Below are positions 25,001 through 40,000 of a stretch of 64,000 bases of DNA, one piece after another. Where the stretch lies: NCBI RefSeq assembly GCF_964355755.1, contig NC_092675.1, positions 15,844,912-15,908,911 on the forward strand, written 5' to 3'. Origin of the DNA: Antedon mediterranea. Taxonomy: Eukaryota > Animalia > Echinodermata. Made by a program: the position numbers and the translations under genes. Positions within the stretch are counted from its first letter, which is position 1, and each line of letters begins with the position of its first letter. Under the pieces are notes generated by a model that saw only the letters and a list, made by a program, of their open reading frames with translations, searched no databases and was not told the DNA's origin.

Positions 25001-28000
25001 TTGCAGAAGATACTGGATATATATTATATATTATATTATTTTTATTCAACCTAAACAGTGTATGCTGACAATGAAGCGGCCCTCATGATGAGGGCCGTGT
25101 GGCTGTGTGTGTGCACACAGGTAAACCCCTACTCGAAACATGTGTTAGTAACATCATTTTACTTACATGGTATTACTTGCAGTAATCTATTCTTTGCTTT
25201 GTTTGGTTCTAGTGTCCCATCCTTTTGTGTTAAATGAGTATTTGGGATTTGCGTCACCCTCTAAAAGAAAAACAAACAATAGATCTATACTCTATGAAAA
25301 ATATCAAATAATCATGATAAAAAAAAATTAAACATTGTTATAGAGTACTTTAATTAGTATTCATATATATTTTAATAAAATATAAGACACACGCTATGTG
25401 ACATGTATTTCACATTCATTCTTGTTTTTCTTCTGAAGATCAATGTGTTTTCTTCTTACCCTAAATTCCAGTTCTAAGTTTGTGAAATCCGAGTCTGATT
25501 GCTTTATTACAAGATCAGACCACTTCTTTTGCATACTTGTTACATCTATTTCTGATTCTTTGTATTGATACTCTTCCATAAGTGCTTTATGTATAAAAAC
25601 ATACTGAACCTGTGGGAAACCAACATCATTTGGGTTACAATCAAATCAAAGTAAATAAAAAAAAAATGTAATATATCATTCTTGACCATAAAACATATAT
25701 TATTATTGTATTTATTCTATGACACTTACCCCTACTACCTCAGTCTCTCACCTCACTTATCCTCTTACAACAACTACTTAACAACTACCCTTCTGATAGG
25801 TACAAATCTGACCGATACCCTTTTAAGCTACCCCTCTGACAGCTACCCCTCTGACAACTACCCCTCTGACAGCTACCGCTCTGGCAACTACCCCTCTGAC
25901 AGCTACCGCTCTGATAGCTACCCCTCTGACAGCTACCGCTCTGATAGCTACCCCTCTGATAGCTACCTCTCTGACAGCTACCGCTCTGACAACTACCCCT
26001 CTGACAGCTACCGCTCTTACAGCTACCGCTCTTACAGCTACCCCTCTAACAACTACCCCTCTGACAGCTACCGCTCTGACAGCTACCCCTCTAACAACTA
26101 CCCCTCTGACAGCTACCGCTCTGACAGCTACCCCTCTGACAGCTACCCCTCTTCTGACAGCTACCGCTCTTCTGACAGCTACCGCTCTTCTGACAGCTAC
26201 CGCTCTGACAGCTACCCCTCTGACAGCTACCGCTCTTCTGACAGCTACCACTCTTCTGACAGCTACCCCTCTTCTGACAGCTACCCCTCTAACAACTACC
26301 CCTCTGACAACTACCCCTCCGACAACTACCCCTCCGACAACTACCTCTCTGACAACTACCGCTCTGATAGCTACCGCTCTGACAGCTACCGCTTTGACAC
26401 CTACCGCTCTGACAGTCACCGCTCTGACAGTCACCGCTCTAACAACTACCCCTCCGACAACTCCAGCTCTGACAACTACCACTCTGATAGCTCCAGGTCT
26501 GACAACTACCGCTCTATATATGCATTATTAATTTCTATAAATAAACATTACCTGTGACTGAACCAAAAGGTTTCTTTGTCCTCTAATCTTGGATACAAAC
26601 TTGTAAATATCTACTTGTTTTTCTGCTGCCATCTGGTCTAACATTGAATCAATTACAATGTAAGTACCTGTACGACCAACACCAGCACTAGAACAAGAAA
26701 ATGGAAAATAAGCGAGTGACATTTCATTTTTTTTGTCTTGTGTGGGTTCATCCCACCTTTATTATCATACTCTGTTAGAAATATTATATTTTTTCCTCTC
26801 GTTTATATGTTACAATTAGGTTAAAAGTAGTTTTAAAACTAAATTTTTATATAAAAAAACATCTCTAAGCTTATAGACATACATAGTCTTCTCTAGTATT
26901 TATAATCATAAACTGTGTTAGATAAATATTTATAGCAAGTGAACCCAATATCTATTTTCAAGCATCTGCAGTGGCGTATTGGTTTAGCACTCTTAAGGGG
27001 CCCTCTAATGGTGGGTAGTTGCATTAAGGCTTCTCGTGCTCTGGGGCCCTTTTAGCTCTGAGGGTCCTGGGTTTAGCCAGTGAGTGCTCATTGGTGTAAC
27101 GCCACTGATCATCTGTCATTATTATATATACACACTCTACTAGGAAATTCTTGATCAAATGACATAATAGTCTACAATACGACATTATAAAGGTTTGGGA
27201 ATGTGATAGAGGATTCTGTTTAATTTATTTATTTAGTTGATTTTATGATGTTCAGTCATGCAAAATTGACAGAAAATTTTTTTCAAACATGACAATATAA
27301 AAGGATTTGACAACAATACCTATTGGAGTGTCAATACCTATTAGAATCCTTTAAAAACATTTTGGAATTTATAAATCTGTTTTTTCAATATAAAGCAATG
27401 ATCATAATTCAATTACTACAAATGAAATCATCATCTTCAAGGCCTGTTTATATGATAAATGTATATTTAATTATCATCATTGTTTATCATGCATAATGTA
27501 ACCAGGCATTTAGACTTACCTGCAGTGTACTGTAAGTGGTCCAACATCTCCGTTCATTGTAGGCTTTGGAACCATCTGCCTGATGCGTTTGATGAATGAT
27601 AACATGGTATATGTATAATCAGGAATTCCAAAATCAGGCCAACCAATAAAATGGTACTGGTGGATAGATCTGGCTTCCTCATCATAGTCAGACTGTAAAC
27701 AAATAGTTTTATTTTTTATTTACTTAATGTCTTTAGGCATATGTGGCCAAAGATTACCAATACAGTAGTAGTAGTAATAGCTTAAGACCTTTATCATCTG
27801 CTCGGATTCTGACTTTTTTAATACATGATTTCATTCATTGCTGTGTCAATGCGCCATGAGCATCTCATTTTTTTTATGGAAACTGGTGCAATATAAGATT
27901 TCCTTATTATTAGTATATAGTTAAAATAGGTAGTAATTATCCCCAATGATACAGGGGCTATTTTGTGAATCAGTCCACCTACTCCAGGCAAACTGTGGAC

Positions 28001-31000
28001 CTACGGTTTATAGTCCTTATACTTCAATTTATATATTTTTTTTAATTTATGCATTTGGCCATTTGACTTGAATCAAAGAGTTATTATATTAACTAAGGAG
28101 TCAAATCCACACAAACACAGTCCAAAAAAAGAGGAGGACCATCTGATAACAAAAAGGTAAATACAAAAATTAGTATATGAACAATAAATTCAAAACGTAC
28201 ATTCTGGACACGGAATTTGCGTATGACGTACTCGCACGTTTTGACAGTATCTTCTAAAGTAATTGTGAATTGCTCAAACTCTTGGGAATCAGCGTCAGGC
28301 CAGTATTGCGCACATTTCTCCTGCAAAAATAATCCAAAAATAAAGATAAAACATTATAAATGTGTATCAAACTCAATTAAATAATAAAATGGACTATTAG
28401 TATTTGTTGTAACACAAATAAATAACTGAGCAAATATTTCTATTTATTGCACAAAACAAAAGGTTTAAAGGTTTGCATGGCGAATAAACACTAGTAAAGT
28501 TAGATTTGCGGTACACCTAGTGTTTTACTTCCTTTTAATCACATGCTAACTTGACTAAATAGCATATATCAAATAACTAGACTGAATATGTTCATACCCT
28601 TCCTTTCTCAAATGTCTTTGTAAGCATAACGATAGCAGGGGACCTTTGCTCCCATATCATTCGCCAGAAATCCACAACTGTTTCTTCTTTTGGTCCTATA
28701 GAGTAAATCAATATTTGTTACATTGTTTTTCTATTAATAAATACAAATTTTCTTTTTTATGATCCAATATTTTACGTTTTTACTCAAGCTTTCACTGGTT
28801 CTTTGACACAGTTTAATCATAAGTAATAAACGTAAGTTTAGGATTTTATTTAAACACATTGGATCATCAAAAAAGAAAATTTGCATTTATCAATACTATA
28901 CCTACAAAGATACACAGGTGAAACTTTTAACTAATGTCTTCTATTGAATTGAAAAAAAGAATTTAAATCATCACATGATTTCATAAGAAAGACATGTATT
29001 TGTGTAAACACGTACCTTGGGCAGCAATAAATTTATTACTGAAGTCATAGCCCTGTTGTGAAAGAAATAAGATATTTTAATTGGAATCTCTTCTCAAGTA
29101 TACTGTATACACTATGTATGGTTATCTATAAAAATTTATTCTTAGGGAGTGGACATTTAAAAATACCATAACATTTTTTTATATATTCAAAGGCCATGTC
29201 TATGAGTTAGGGTTGATAGGTAAAACGAAACAAAAATCTTACATCGACGTAACATGCATTAATATAGTCTGAACCAGGTTCTCCTTCAATCTCTGTGAGA
29301 ATTACACGGCTATGGTCATCTAAAGAAAATGGAAAAAAAAATGTTTTAGCAAAATCCAAACTAAAAATGATCAATGATAAACATCATTAAATGTAAAAAC
29401 CATAACCATGTTATCATATTACTGTCTATTTTCATCATACAGTTGTCAATAACAACAATGACATTGCTATATTTGACAATGACATTTTAACAGATAATTT
29501 TTCTCTTTTTTATTTTAAAATAATATAAATAAGAAAATTACAGGATGGGAAACCTATGCTTTCTCAACAAGATCTTATACGAGGTTAAGGTAATAGCATG
29601 ATTTGAACCACGGAATTGGTAAGCAAACATGTCAACCAGGAAGCCACAGTACCATTATCCTCACTGCATCATCACCTCCATAACAACTTTTCTTTCTTTT
29701 CTTTTCATTAAGGAGCTTTGATTTGCAATGACCGACAACTGTCTACATTATCAAACTAGTTTGACAAAAAAAGTTTGATGTGCCCAAATATGGTAGTGAT
29801 ATGCTTAAATATGGTAGTGATGATGTGACATCATCATGTCCATATATGGGCACATCACATTTTTTTTTTGTCACATAAAGTTTGATTGTGTAGACAGAGC
29901 TTTAGCTAGGTCATGTCAATTCATTGTGCACATGCAGGGCAGTTTTAGGTGGTTTCTAGATCCAGAAAACGGCCGACAATACATCACTTGACATGACCTA
30001 GTTAGGTTGTCAGTCTTCACAAATCAAAAGCTCAGTATCAATAGAACTGTACTGTATACTTACATGCTAAAATGTTGATATATCTATTCTTGCCCTTATT
30101 TTCAGGTATACTACTCGCTTCAGTTGTAATTGGTCTGGACGAAGCCGGTAATGACTATTAATCAACAAAATGTCATTAAAAAATTTAAATATACAATTAA
30201 AAAATGTCCATTTAGAAATAACATAAATATATAAATGTGAAATGCAGTCCGTGCATACAAACCCAACTCAAATAGTGTTGCATCATACACAACACAAACT
30301 TACCATGATTCAAATGGTTTTTGACAAATTCTTGTTATGCAGTTTTAATGCAGTTATTGTACCTTACATAAATAACCAATCTTGATTAATATGCTTCTAG
30401 ACTGGTCTTTAGAGGCCTGTACAGTGGTTTTTGATGAGTTAAGAGTTTTTTTTTAAGGTTAAAGTTGGTTGTGGATAAGACTCTGGAACAGTTCATACCC
30501 TAGGCAGCTGGATATATGGCATTTACAGGTATTATATTAAATAGATCAATGGTTGAGAGAAACTCTGATGCTGCTACCATTCCTGTTCCTGCCACTACTA
30601 ATCAAATATTTAGAAGCAACAGTTCAGAAATAGATCCTAGAATGGTAAAATGAGGCTTCCAAAATTGAGGGTAGGCGAAAATTCCAATTGTAATGTACTA
30701 CTCTTTCTGAAAATTCTCTGACATTATGTAATAACTTATTGGGATAGTTAATCAGTACAATTAGGTACCAGCCAGGTTAAGCAAAGCTGTTTCAAATATG
30801 CCCCATAACCATCTGAAAAAAACACCAACAGAAAAGTGCTAGAAAAAAGACATGAGTATTTTTCACTTTCATAGTAATTGTAGGCAGGAAATTAAATCAA
30901 ATATAACATATTTAATTCATATTCGAGAGGTATAGGCTATAGCTTCCAATATTCTGTAAATTTATCCTATTCAGTGGACTAGGCTAGAGCTTCCAACAGT

Positions 31001-34000
31001 ATGTAAACATACCATATTCAGAGGAACAGTGTGTAAAAATACCAGAAGAATATGAATTGATTAATTGATTGATAATTAGTACACAGTATCCAGGTTGTTA
31101 AACGCAGTGAATGTCTTAAAAATACCTGCAAGGTTGTTGATAAACATTTCAAAAGATACAGTAAAACAACGATCAACATGATATTCAAACATTGCTTAGA
31201 AAAGTTTGAAAACAAGGCACTGGTACAATCGGACAAGGAAAAAAAGAACACGTTGAAGGAAGACATTCCATGCTGTAACGCACTTGTGCAGCTCTCAACT
31301 ACATGCAAGATACCACAATTCCTCTTGGTTGGAAAAGGGTATTGCCAGAAGAAGTAAAGAAACCAAACACCAAAAAGGTAAAAATAACAAAACAAAGCAA
31401 TGACATAAAAAAAGGGAGAAAATCAACAGTATTGATTCATGCAAAGCAAGGTGCAAATCATAGGCCCACAATGTCACCTTGTACTCCTGGTTAAATAGTT
31501 TGTCGTTGTCCCTGTGTTTTTCTTCGAAGGTTTCCCCAAGTCTGTCTATTGCAATAGCTGGATATTCTAGAACAAAACAAATGAAGCTTAACTTGGAAAA
31601 GGAACGGGAATCAGTGTTACTGGTTAGGGACAATTTTAAATTTAGTTTTGTTTAAAAAAAACAAAACAATAAAATGAGATAAAGAAAGTACAAAATATTA
31701 ATCTGCGCACGGGATGGTTTGGTTATTTTAAAAATTGTCGATCAGTACGAAGCGAATGTACGCAGTATGCCCATGTTTTTCAATTTTAGTTGTAAACATC
31801 ATATTTATGTATATATTATATAGTATATGTAAACTGTGAATTCACTTTGATTCTTCTTGATTCATTAAAAAAAAATAAGCATCATCACCTTTTTTCATTT
31901 AAATTTAGCACATTGTTGCGAACATCAATTAAAATAAAATATAGGAGCTTCTTTTTTATGGTACAAAAATAATTGTTTGCAATAAGAATTGCATATTTAA
32001 TTTAAATATAAAAATTAAGTTTGTTAAAAGATAAAAAAAAATATTATATTGAAGTTTAAATGATAACTAACACAAACCTTGTATATAACCATCATTTTCC
32101 AAACTAAATTGTTCTTGTGGTGGACGGTTGCTGGGTCGTCTAAATATATTCCCAATTTCAACTCTTCTGTGCCTGTGAAGTGATAACAATAAATGAGTTT
32201 TAGTTTTAATGTAGAGCTTTAACAGTAGAATGAATGCCCAAAAAAGTTTCCTAAGGTTTAAGAGTAAAAGAAATTTAGTTACTGCAGTAACAGCAGTGAA
32301 ATAATGTTGTAATGGCAGGGGCGCAGCCAGCAAAGAATTAAAGGGGGGGTCAACCAATATGTGAGTATTTTGCGAGCGAAGCGAGCAACCATGGGCTGGG
32401 GGCCAGGGGGCCGCCAAGGGCCCCCGGTTGGGGTCCAGGGGGCGAAGCCCCCTGGAAGCTTTGGCGGTCTAGGGCAATCTAGATCATTTGAATCGGTTTA
32501 CGCACACACAAATATGACAATGTTAAACTGAAACCAAGAAAACAAAAAACAACTCTCATTTTCATTACAGAACATTTTTATATTCCAGGCTGCCACAGAA
32601 AAACACTTTTTTTCTTGCTTGTTTGTTGATTTGTGTAGAGAGGCTGTAAACTCAGAGGAGGAATTATTTGAATTCCTCCCTTTTCACCAATACAAAAGTT
32701 GCATGAAATGAACGTAGAGATGCAAAAGTTTGAAAAAAGAAATTAGAATGATAGCATGGAGGGAGTGATATTATTAAATGAGAACCGTAAGGTTAGAGTT
32801 CATACACTATGCAAGTCCAAGAAGCTATCTTGGCTCCGTGTGTATGTGAGACGCTTATCATACCCAGTACATACAATATTTTGTTTAAAAATATACCTAT
32901 TTTGTTCGAATGTATAGTATAGGTGATAGCTTATACATAATTGTAATAACTAACTTCTAAATTATTATCATACATTTTACGTTAGTTACTATAACGGCGC
33001 TCTTGACATCGCGTGATGCATCTTTTAACATAAGTTTGGAACATTCTTCTTGGCTTGGAGATAGAATTCGCGAATGACATTCTCTGTATTCTCTGTATTA
33101 ATGTTCATGTTAAAGTGTATGTTCATGAGGCACAATCCCGAAAGCTGCTCATAAGACATGTGATTCCCCAAACAGGTTTTCGTTCTCCATAAAGTCGAAA
33201 AACTCCGCTCAGCTTAAGCAGACGTTACGGGCATAGGCCTACGCGATTAGAAGAAGTGCACACACATTCGGGAACACATCTGGATCCGCTAATTTTACAC
33301 AGTCGCTTCCATCACTGAAGCTCGGAATGAAGATGTTCGTGTCTTGGCAGATCATCGTACCAAATTCAAGTTCCTTGAAGACTTCTTCAACATTACACTT
33401 CACGATAGACTCGGGTGCTACGCCAAATATTTTAAAGCATGGCCTGTTATCGGCAGAAAAACGGGTTTTTAACTCGGTTTGTAATCAAGAAGTTGATTTG
33501 GTAATACTGCTCGGTAGTAATCTTCCACAGTATCTCCAGGATGATTGATCTGTATTGTTGTCTCATGTTTTTATTTATTTTTTCAAAAAAAAGGGGGGGT
33601 CAGGACCCCCGTGACCCCCCCACTGGCTGCGCCCCTGAATGGTCCATAATGTAATTGTACCAAACATTCAGTGCATTTGATAAATAACAATTAATATTAA
33701 ACAACTAATGAATGTTTATGAGTGTGATGGGTTTTTGATTGATTGCAATTCATTGCACTCTCGCTGGAGCATGCGCAAAGCACAAAGCATTGTTGATATG
33801 ATGTCGTTAAGGGGTTGCGCTGTCTGGGCTCCAGTCAGTAAAAATCAAAACACACTGCACTATGTGGAGTGATTGGTAGGCCACATTTTATGTGACCAAC
33901 AATTGTTCAATCAAATGACTGGAATCTATTTACGTGTTATATAATACAAAATAACATACCTCATCAAAAAGCCAGCAAGAATGATGACAATAACAATCAG

Positions 34001-37000
34001 AAGTACAATAACAACAATGACTGCAACAAGTGGGGTATTGTCTCCTGTAATTACAGATACAAATATAAAAAACATGTTCAAACTTTTTTTTTTTTCACTT
34101 TTATCCATAAGAACACAATATTATCAAATCATTAAATACATAAAGTTTTTTCTTTTAACATCATTTATTTCGTAACTTTTCAATGAGTAGAACACCTTCT
34201 TTGGGATGCGTCTATTAATGGGACACGCCCATTAAGAGGACATGCGTATTAAGGGTACACACCTATTAAGGGGACACCTCTATTAAGGAGACACTTTCCT
34301 GTAAACTGAAAGAGGTAAATTATATGTGTTAACACTACGAAAACCCTATTCAAGGGAAACCACTATGAAGAAAGTGGACAATTTGTTTGGTTCCAAAGGT
34401 GTCTCCTTAATAGAGGAATTACTGCATTATAGGTGAATCTTTGGTGACTGAATAACATTTAATGCAATTGAAATATAAACTGGTTCGTATTATATTGCAG
34501 ATTTATAACTCAAAATACGACCTCTCTAAAACAAAGATGTCCAACCAGAGGGAGCTTTTTACTAAAAATTTCATTGTAACATTTTAAAAGGCATTCTACT
34601 AGCACGCACAATCTTATGATCCAACAATTGTTAATCTTGGTTTCCAATGCACAATCTGTTAGTCACTGAATACAAAGTATCCAATAGCTTTAAGCCTAAT
34701 TCTTTTATCTTTCATTTCAGGACCTGTTTCCCTGAAAGTTTTTTTATACACACTGATATTTTCTAGTTTTTGTCGCACAAACATTTTGTAGTTTTCAGTT
34801 TGAATCCAGCAACAGGTCCAGCAGTCTCAAAATTGCAATATTACATACTGTAATAATTACTAAAATGGAATTCAGAAAAACCACAGTGGTATATTTGAAA
34901 CTTGTTGTGAGGGCTAAATGTTTTAAAGTTTAAAATTGGTTGTTTTTTCACATGTTGTTTTAACACATTTGAGCATGCAACATGATGCATAATTTAAGTA
35001 TTTATGGAAAATATTAATACTCCGCTTTAATTGTTGATAAGTTTAATAAATAAAATGTAATAATTTGAGTTTCAACTGGCCATATTATGAGGATTTTATT
35101 GGATAAAAAATGTGCATGCACACTCAAATTAATTTGAATATGCAGTTAATAAATCATTCAATTAGGAGGAATCAGAAAATAGAACACAAATTAAAAAGTT
35201 GGAGATGAAGAATTGTTAAATATTTGTTATGGGGTTCAATTATTTCACATAAATTGCTGATCTATCATAGTCTAAAGTGGTAAATTACATGAATAATAAA
35301 TGATTATCGGCCAATTTATTTTGAGATATAGAGAGGAAGATATAGTTAAATATTGAAAAGAGGTAAAAAGAAAAGAAACACACAAGGATCCCAGTAATCT
35401 CTACAGAAAATTTGGAAGAAAATCCATGTATTTTTCTCCCAAATGACATCAATTTTACACCTTTTTCCATGGACCTTACACATTGTATGCTTCATTCTAA
35501 CAGAGGAATAGGCCTACAATTCACAGATATTTGAATCCAAACATAAATAGGTTTTATGAAAGAGTAATAAAGTAGTAATTTAATGACATTTAAAAATAGT
35601 AACCGGTAACATCAATCAGGTTAACCAAGCAGTCAAAATTGCATCATGAATAGTAGAACATAACATAAACAAATGTAATTATTTTGTTAAAATTTCTTGC
35701 AAAGCAATCAATAGGTTGACATACTCATTGGAGATCCAACTGATTTTCTGCTGCTTTCACCTGATTTCAAGATCATATAGATAAAGATTGAAAAATTACA
35801 ACAAATACTATATAATTATAATAAATACTATGTTTTTTATTATAACCGTATAACAAGCATGTAATAGATTTCTAAAGCTTTCTACACTATCAAACTTTAT
35901 GTGATGTGCCCATATACGGACATGATGTCATATCAGTACCATATTTGGGTATATCAATCATTGGTCAAAGCACAGTTTTTTTGATAGTGTAGACAAGGCA
36001 ATAACTTCATTCATATATTGTAGTAAATATTTTGGTCAATCTTTTGGCAGCACGCTATATATAGCGCAACTTACATGCCTCTATTCACTGTGGAGCACAG
36101 AGATCAATGTACCATATGAATTCACTACATGCACTGACACGCCATACCACACATTGTTCACAAACTTTGACTCATTATGGACAATATATATAAACATGTC
36201 TTAGGAATTGACTACACACAGTGCTACTTCAAGCCATGTATTGTTTTGTGTTGTGCGATTTTTTTTAAAAATATGAACACTATAAAAATGTGTTAGGTTT
36301 TGTTTATTATTGTTGGTGATAGAAATGGAATAGAGGAATATGTTGGTAAGCAAAACTTTAATGTGATTATTAAGATTGTAGAATAAATAAATTTACAACA
36401 TAGGAGGATTCATAAATGAAAGTGTATTGTATTAGTGGGACAAAAATAAAACACATTTCAGACGACAGTTTAGAAATGTTTATTAATTTTCCATATTAAT
36501 TAATTTACATATATAGTTGATTAAACAAAGAATTATTCTTAATTAATATAGAAACAAACAAAAAAGGAAAAACTTACTGCCAGTTGTTACTGGATCCAAA
36601 AGTTCACTAGATGCAGAGACCTAGAACAAAAGAAAAAAATGTGAAAAAGTGTTTAGGTATGAAATTTAAGAACATAAACATAATTTCATAAACATCTTCA
36701 TGTCGTACAACTACTCGTAACATTTTTTCTCAACTTTCTATCATCTAAAGTCGTAGTTAGTCATGCCTCGGGTCACATTCTATGGTCTTCGTACAGGTAG
36801 GCTACTACATCAGTACTTCTATGAATGGATGACTAGCCGGTGACAATAACGCTAGTTGGTCATACACAGTACCGTTTTTTATTTTACGATCATTCGGGAA
36901 ACCACCTCACGACAAGTAAATTGTATTCATTGTAATAAATTGATTATTTAAGTACAGTACTAGCGTGGACATTTTACCACAGCCTACCAATAGTATTTAT

Positions 37001-40000
37001 GACAATGAAAATAATAAGGCCAAAACATTGTTATGTTGCGCAAGCATAGGGTCAATAGGGTACAAATAAATCTGGTCTTAGTATTGTGGCGAGACACAAG
37101 CAACTGAAAGCCACATAAAAAACATTAAAATAAATAACTTCAATGATTTGTATCTGCTGCTATTTACAGGTAAATGTAATGCAAATTTTCTGGCCATCAA
37201 AACACTCAAAGATCGATGAACCTGGCTGTGCAGGTAATATTTCCAGGAATGAAAATCAATTAATTCAATTCATTTAATCATTTATTACCGAAACGACGGT
37301 CTGAGACAGAAACAAATTTTTTTTACTATTATGTAAAACTAAAAGATCAAAATCATTTATTACAAACCACATGGTGTTTTAATGAATTGGTAAAACATTG
37401 CCTGCATAGTCTGGTGAATAGTGTGTATCTTTTTTATTTTTGATTCCTTGTTGAGTGCTACTGTATGTTTTGTATTTTTTATATGCAATATTTTATTTTC
37501 AACTTCAATTTATTTATATAATGAATTGCGATAATAAAGTTCAAGTTCATGTAGAAACATAAACTTACCCGACCAACATAAGACCGAAGATATACTGTAT
37601 ATTTTGTACTACTTTTCAAACCTCCGTTGTAACCTTCAAGAATATTTGTTGAACGTTTCCGACCACTTGTCTGTAAATTGCAGGTAGTGGTCTTACCGCT
37701 TCCAATTGTGACTTCTTCCTCAAAATTCTCACTAAACAGACAGATAAAACAATCTTAAATAATATCTATATACTGTAAATCTTAAAAAAAGAAGAAAAAA
37801 AACATTGGTTCTGATATTGCTAAGATATAGAAATATAATCAAATTTTTATTTGAAATCCATTTTGAAGATTTCTGTACTTTTATATATACAGTAAATGTT
37901 AATTACACTATTTAGTTTTTATATATGGTGGTTCCCGAATGATCAGCTTTCGGTGGATCACCATCAGTTGTTTAAACAAACAAATAAGTACTAAATAAAA
38001 ATCAAGTGTACTTACTCATTAAACACTTCTGCAATATATGGTACATGTGGTCTGTCTTCAGCATTTTCATAACTTTGAAGTTTACTTTCTTCAGTATACT
38101 GATCCAATTGTAAGCTGTCCTTGACATCGGTTTCTTCCAACTGGATAACAACCACTGCATAACAGCTAAAATGATGAATATCTATATATAAATTTACGTA
38201 AGGGCAAAATTCGGTAAATCGCGCCTTACTTCTAGAATTTTTACTCGATGGTATATAAAGTTGGATCGTACTTTCGGTACTGATTTTAACCACCTGATGT
38301 AACCCTGTTTACTAATTAAATTGAGTTAGATAATTAGTTATTGACGATTAAAACGAATTTAGGTTCAACGATTTGCCCCAAATAGGGGTGTTTTCCGACC
38401 GTGGTATACACTGTTTAATGCATGTCCATCGTGAAAAATACCCGCATACAATAATACGAGGACGCTTCGCATTTTCCTATCTCCTCCTACGTTAACTGTT
38501 TTTAATGGCTGAAAACCGGTTGAACAGCTCGAGTACAGCATCATAATGTTGAAGACAGGCCGATTTTCTTTAAAAAATACTATTTTGATACATTTAATAT
38601 ACGTTTATACAAATGTATTGATTTGCAATGAATGGAACATTCCAAATTATTTGGTTTAACCATACTTGCATACCTCCATGGTTTAACACAAGTAGGTAAA
38701 TTTATAGACCCTTGGAGAATAAACAGAAATAGTATTGTAATGCTATACAATACTGCAAATAGGTATTAACCACTTTTGATCGCCATTTGAATCAAAAGTG
38801 TGTTGGTACTGTTAAATATAATATAAACAAATATACTAATAAACTTTATCACTGTGAGTGTGGGTAGCCCCTACTTTTAGATTAAACACATAATAATATA
38901 ATACTTTATTACTGTCAGTTGTTTCTCAACGTTTGTATTAATTAATAATTACAAAAATATAAACGTATTAGTGGTCTTTAAATGTACTTTACTATTTCAA
39001 TCGACCATAAGACAGTGACAGTTTTAATAAAGTATTAAATCGGAAATGTTTTACTCTATTTAGTGGTATATTATTTATAGGCCTATAAAAAAATTTTCGT
39101 TACTGAGAGTGGATAATAAAGAAATATATTAAAGAACCATTTAATATAAAGAATATATTAAAAAATTGTTCCTCTTTGTATCTATCCTCATCCCCAACGC
39201 TCAACTCTAATGTTAGATACAAAACCCTAAACTCTAATAGATACAAAATTGGGTTTGTTTAAATGAGTCCAAATAACAAATTTGGACTCATTTGTGACAA
39301 GTTTCTAGGTGCTAATTTTGGTTGACTACATAAATCATTGTGTCTATTTATTTGTTTCTGTAAAAGACAATGTTTTATAGTCCTGCCGTACGTACATTTG
39401 AAATCGCCAGTTTTTTTACGCTGAAATTACTATGTATTCGAGAACCATCTGTGGGCACGAACTAGATGGTACGCGAGCGAAGCGAGCGTACCGTCTAGTT
39501 TATAGTAATTAATAATTATTATTAACCATTATTACTAATAACAACTACCACACAGAACTTTAAACCAACAGAGAGCAATAACACCACTGCAGAATGTGAA
39601 ACAGATGATAAAACTGAAATACCAGTCTGAATCATCCTGCCATTCAAAGACCAGAAATATGCGAACTCGGTCAAGCGACAACTATGCCAAACTAAGTAAC
39701 AAGATCAACAAAAACATTGTCCCTGTATTCACAAGTAGAAAAGTTAACTAGATTTAATTTGTCACTATGACGAATTATAGGTTATATGCATTGATTTAAA
39801 TAAAGATAATTGATTTTAAGTGATATATTGATTGATTGATTTTGTCAGAATTATTTATAGTATATGAAGAGGATCCCAAGGTGAGACTTGATCTTGGTAC
39901 CTCGAATGCTATAGACACGAGCACAGACCACCGAGCCATACACAACTGACTAGAAGTTGAAGAAAGTTTCCTCCGTGTATTTACTATGAAGTAACCACTT

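Noticed and set aside
25682-26557. SDSY-repeat 'protein' and its antisense Val/Arg ORF
   Set aside because: 15-bp minisatellite lying between two well-supported PTP exons; no splice or start context.
30380-30720. Possible CR1/L2 LINE fragment on the minus strand
   Set aside because: Too degraded to read a convincing motif.
31018-31440. Possible alternative juxtamembrane exon(s) in a pyrimidine-rich intron segment
   Set aside because: The candidate acceptor tested led to an in-frame stop; the flanking exons already join in phase.
37935-37970. Hammerhead-like motif on the minus strand (cugau-ggug-auc-cacc-gaaagcugauc)
   Set aside because: The core lacks the GA of CUGANGA and there is no convincing stem I or III; at most a decayed relic.
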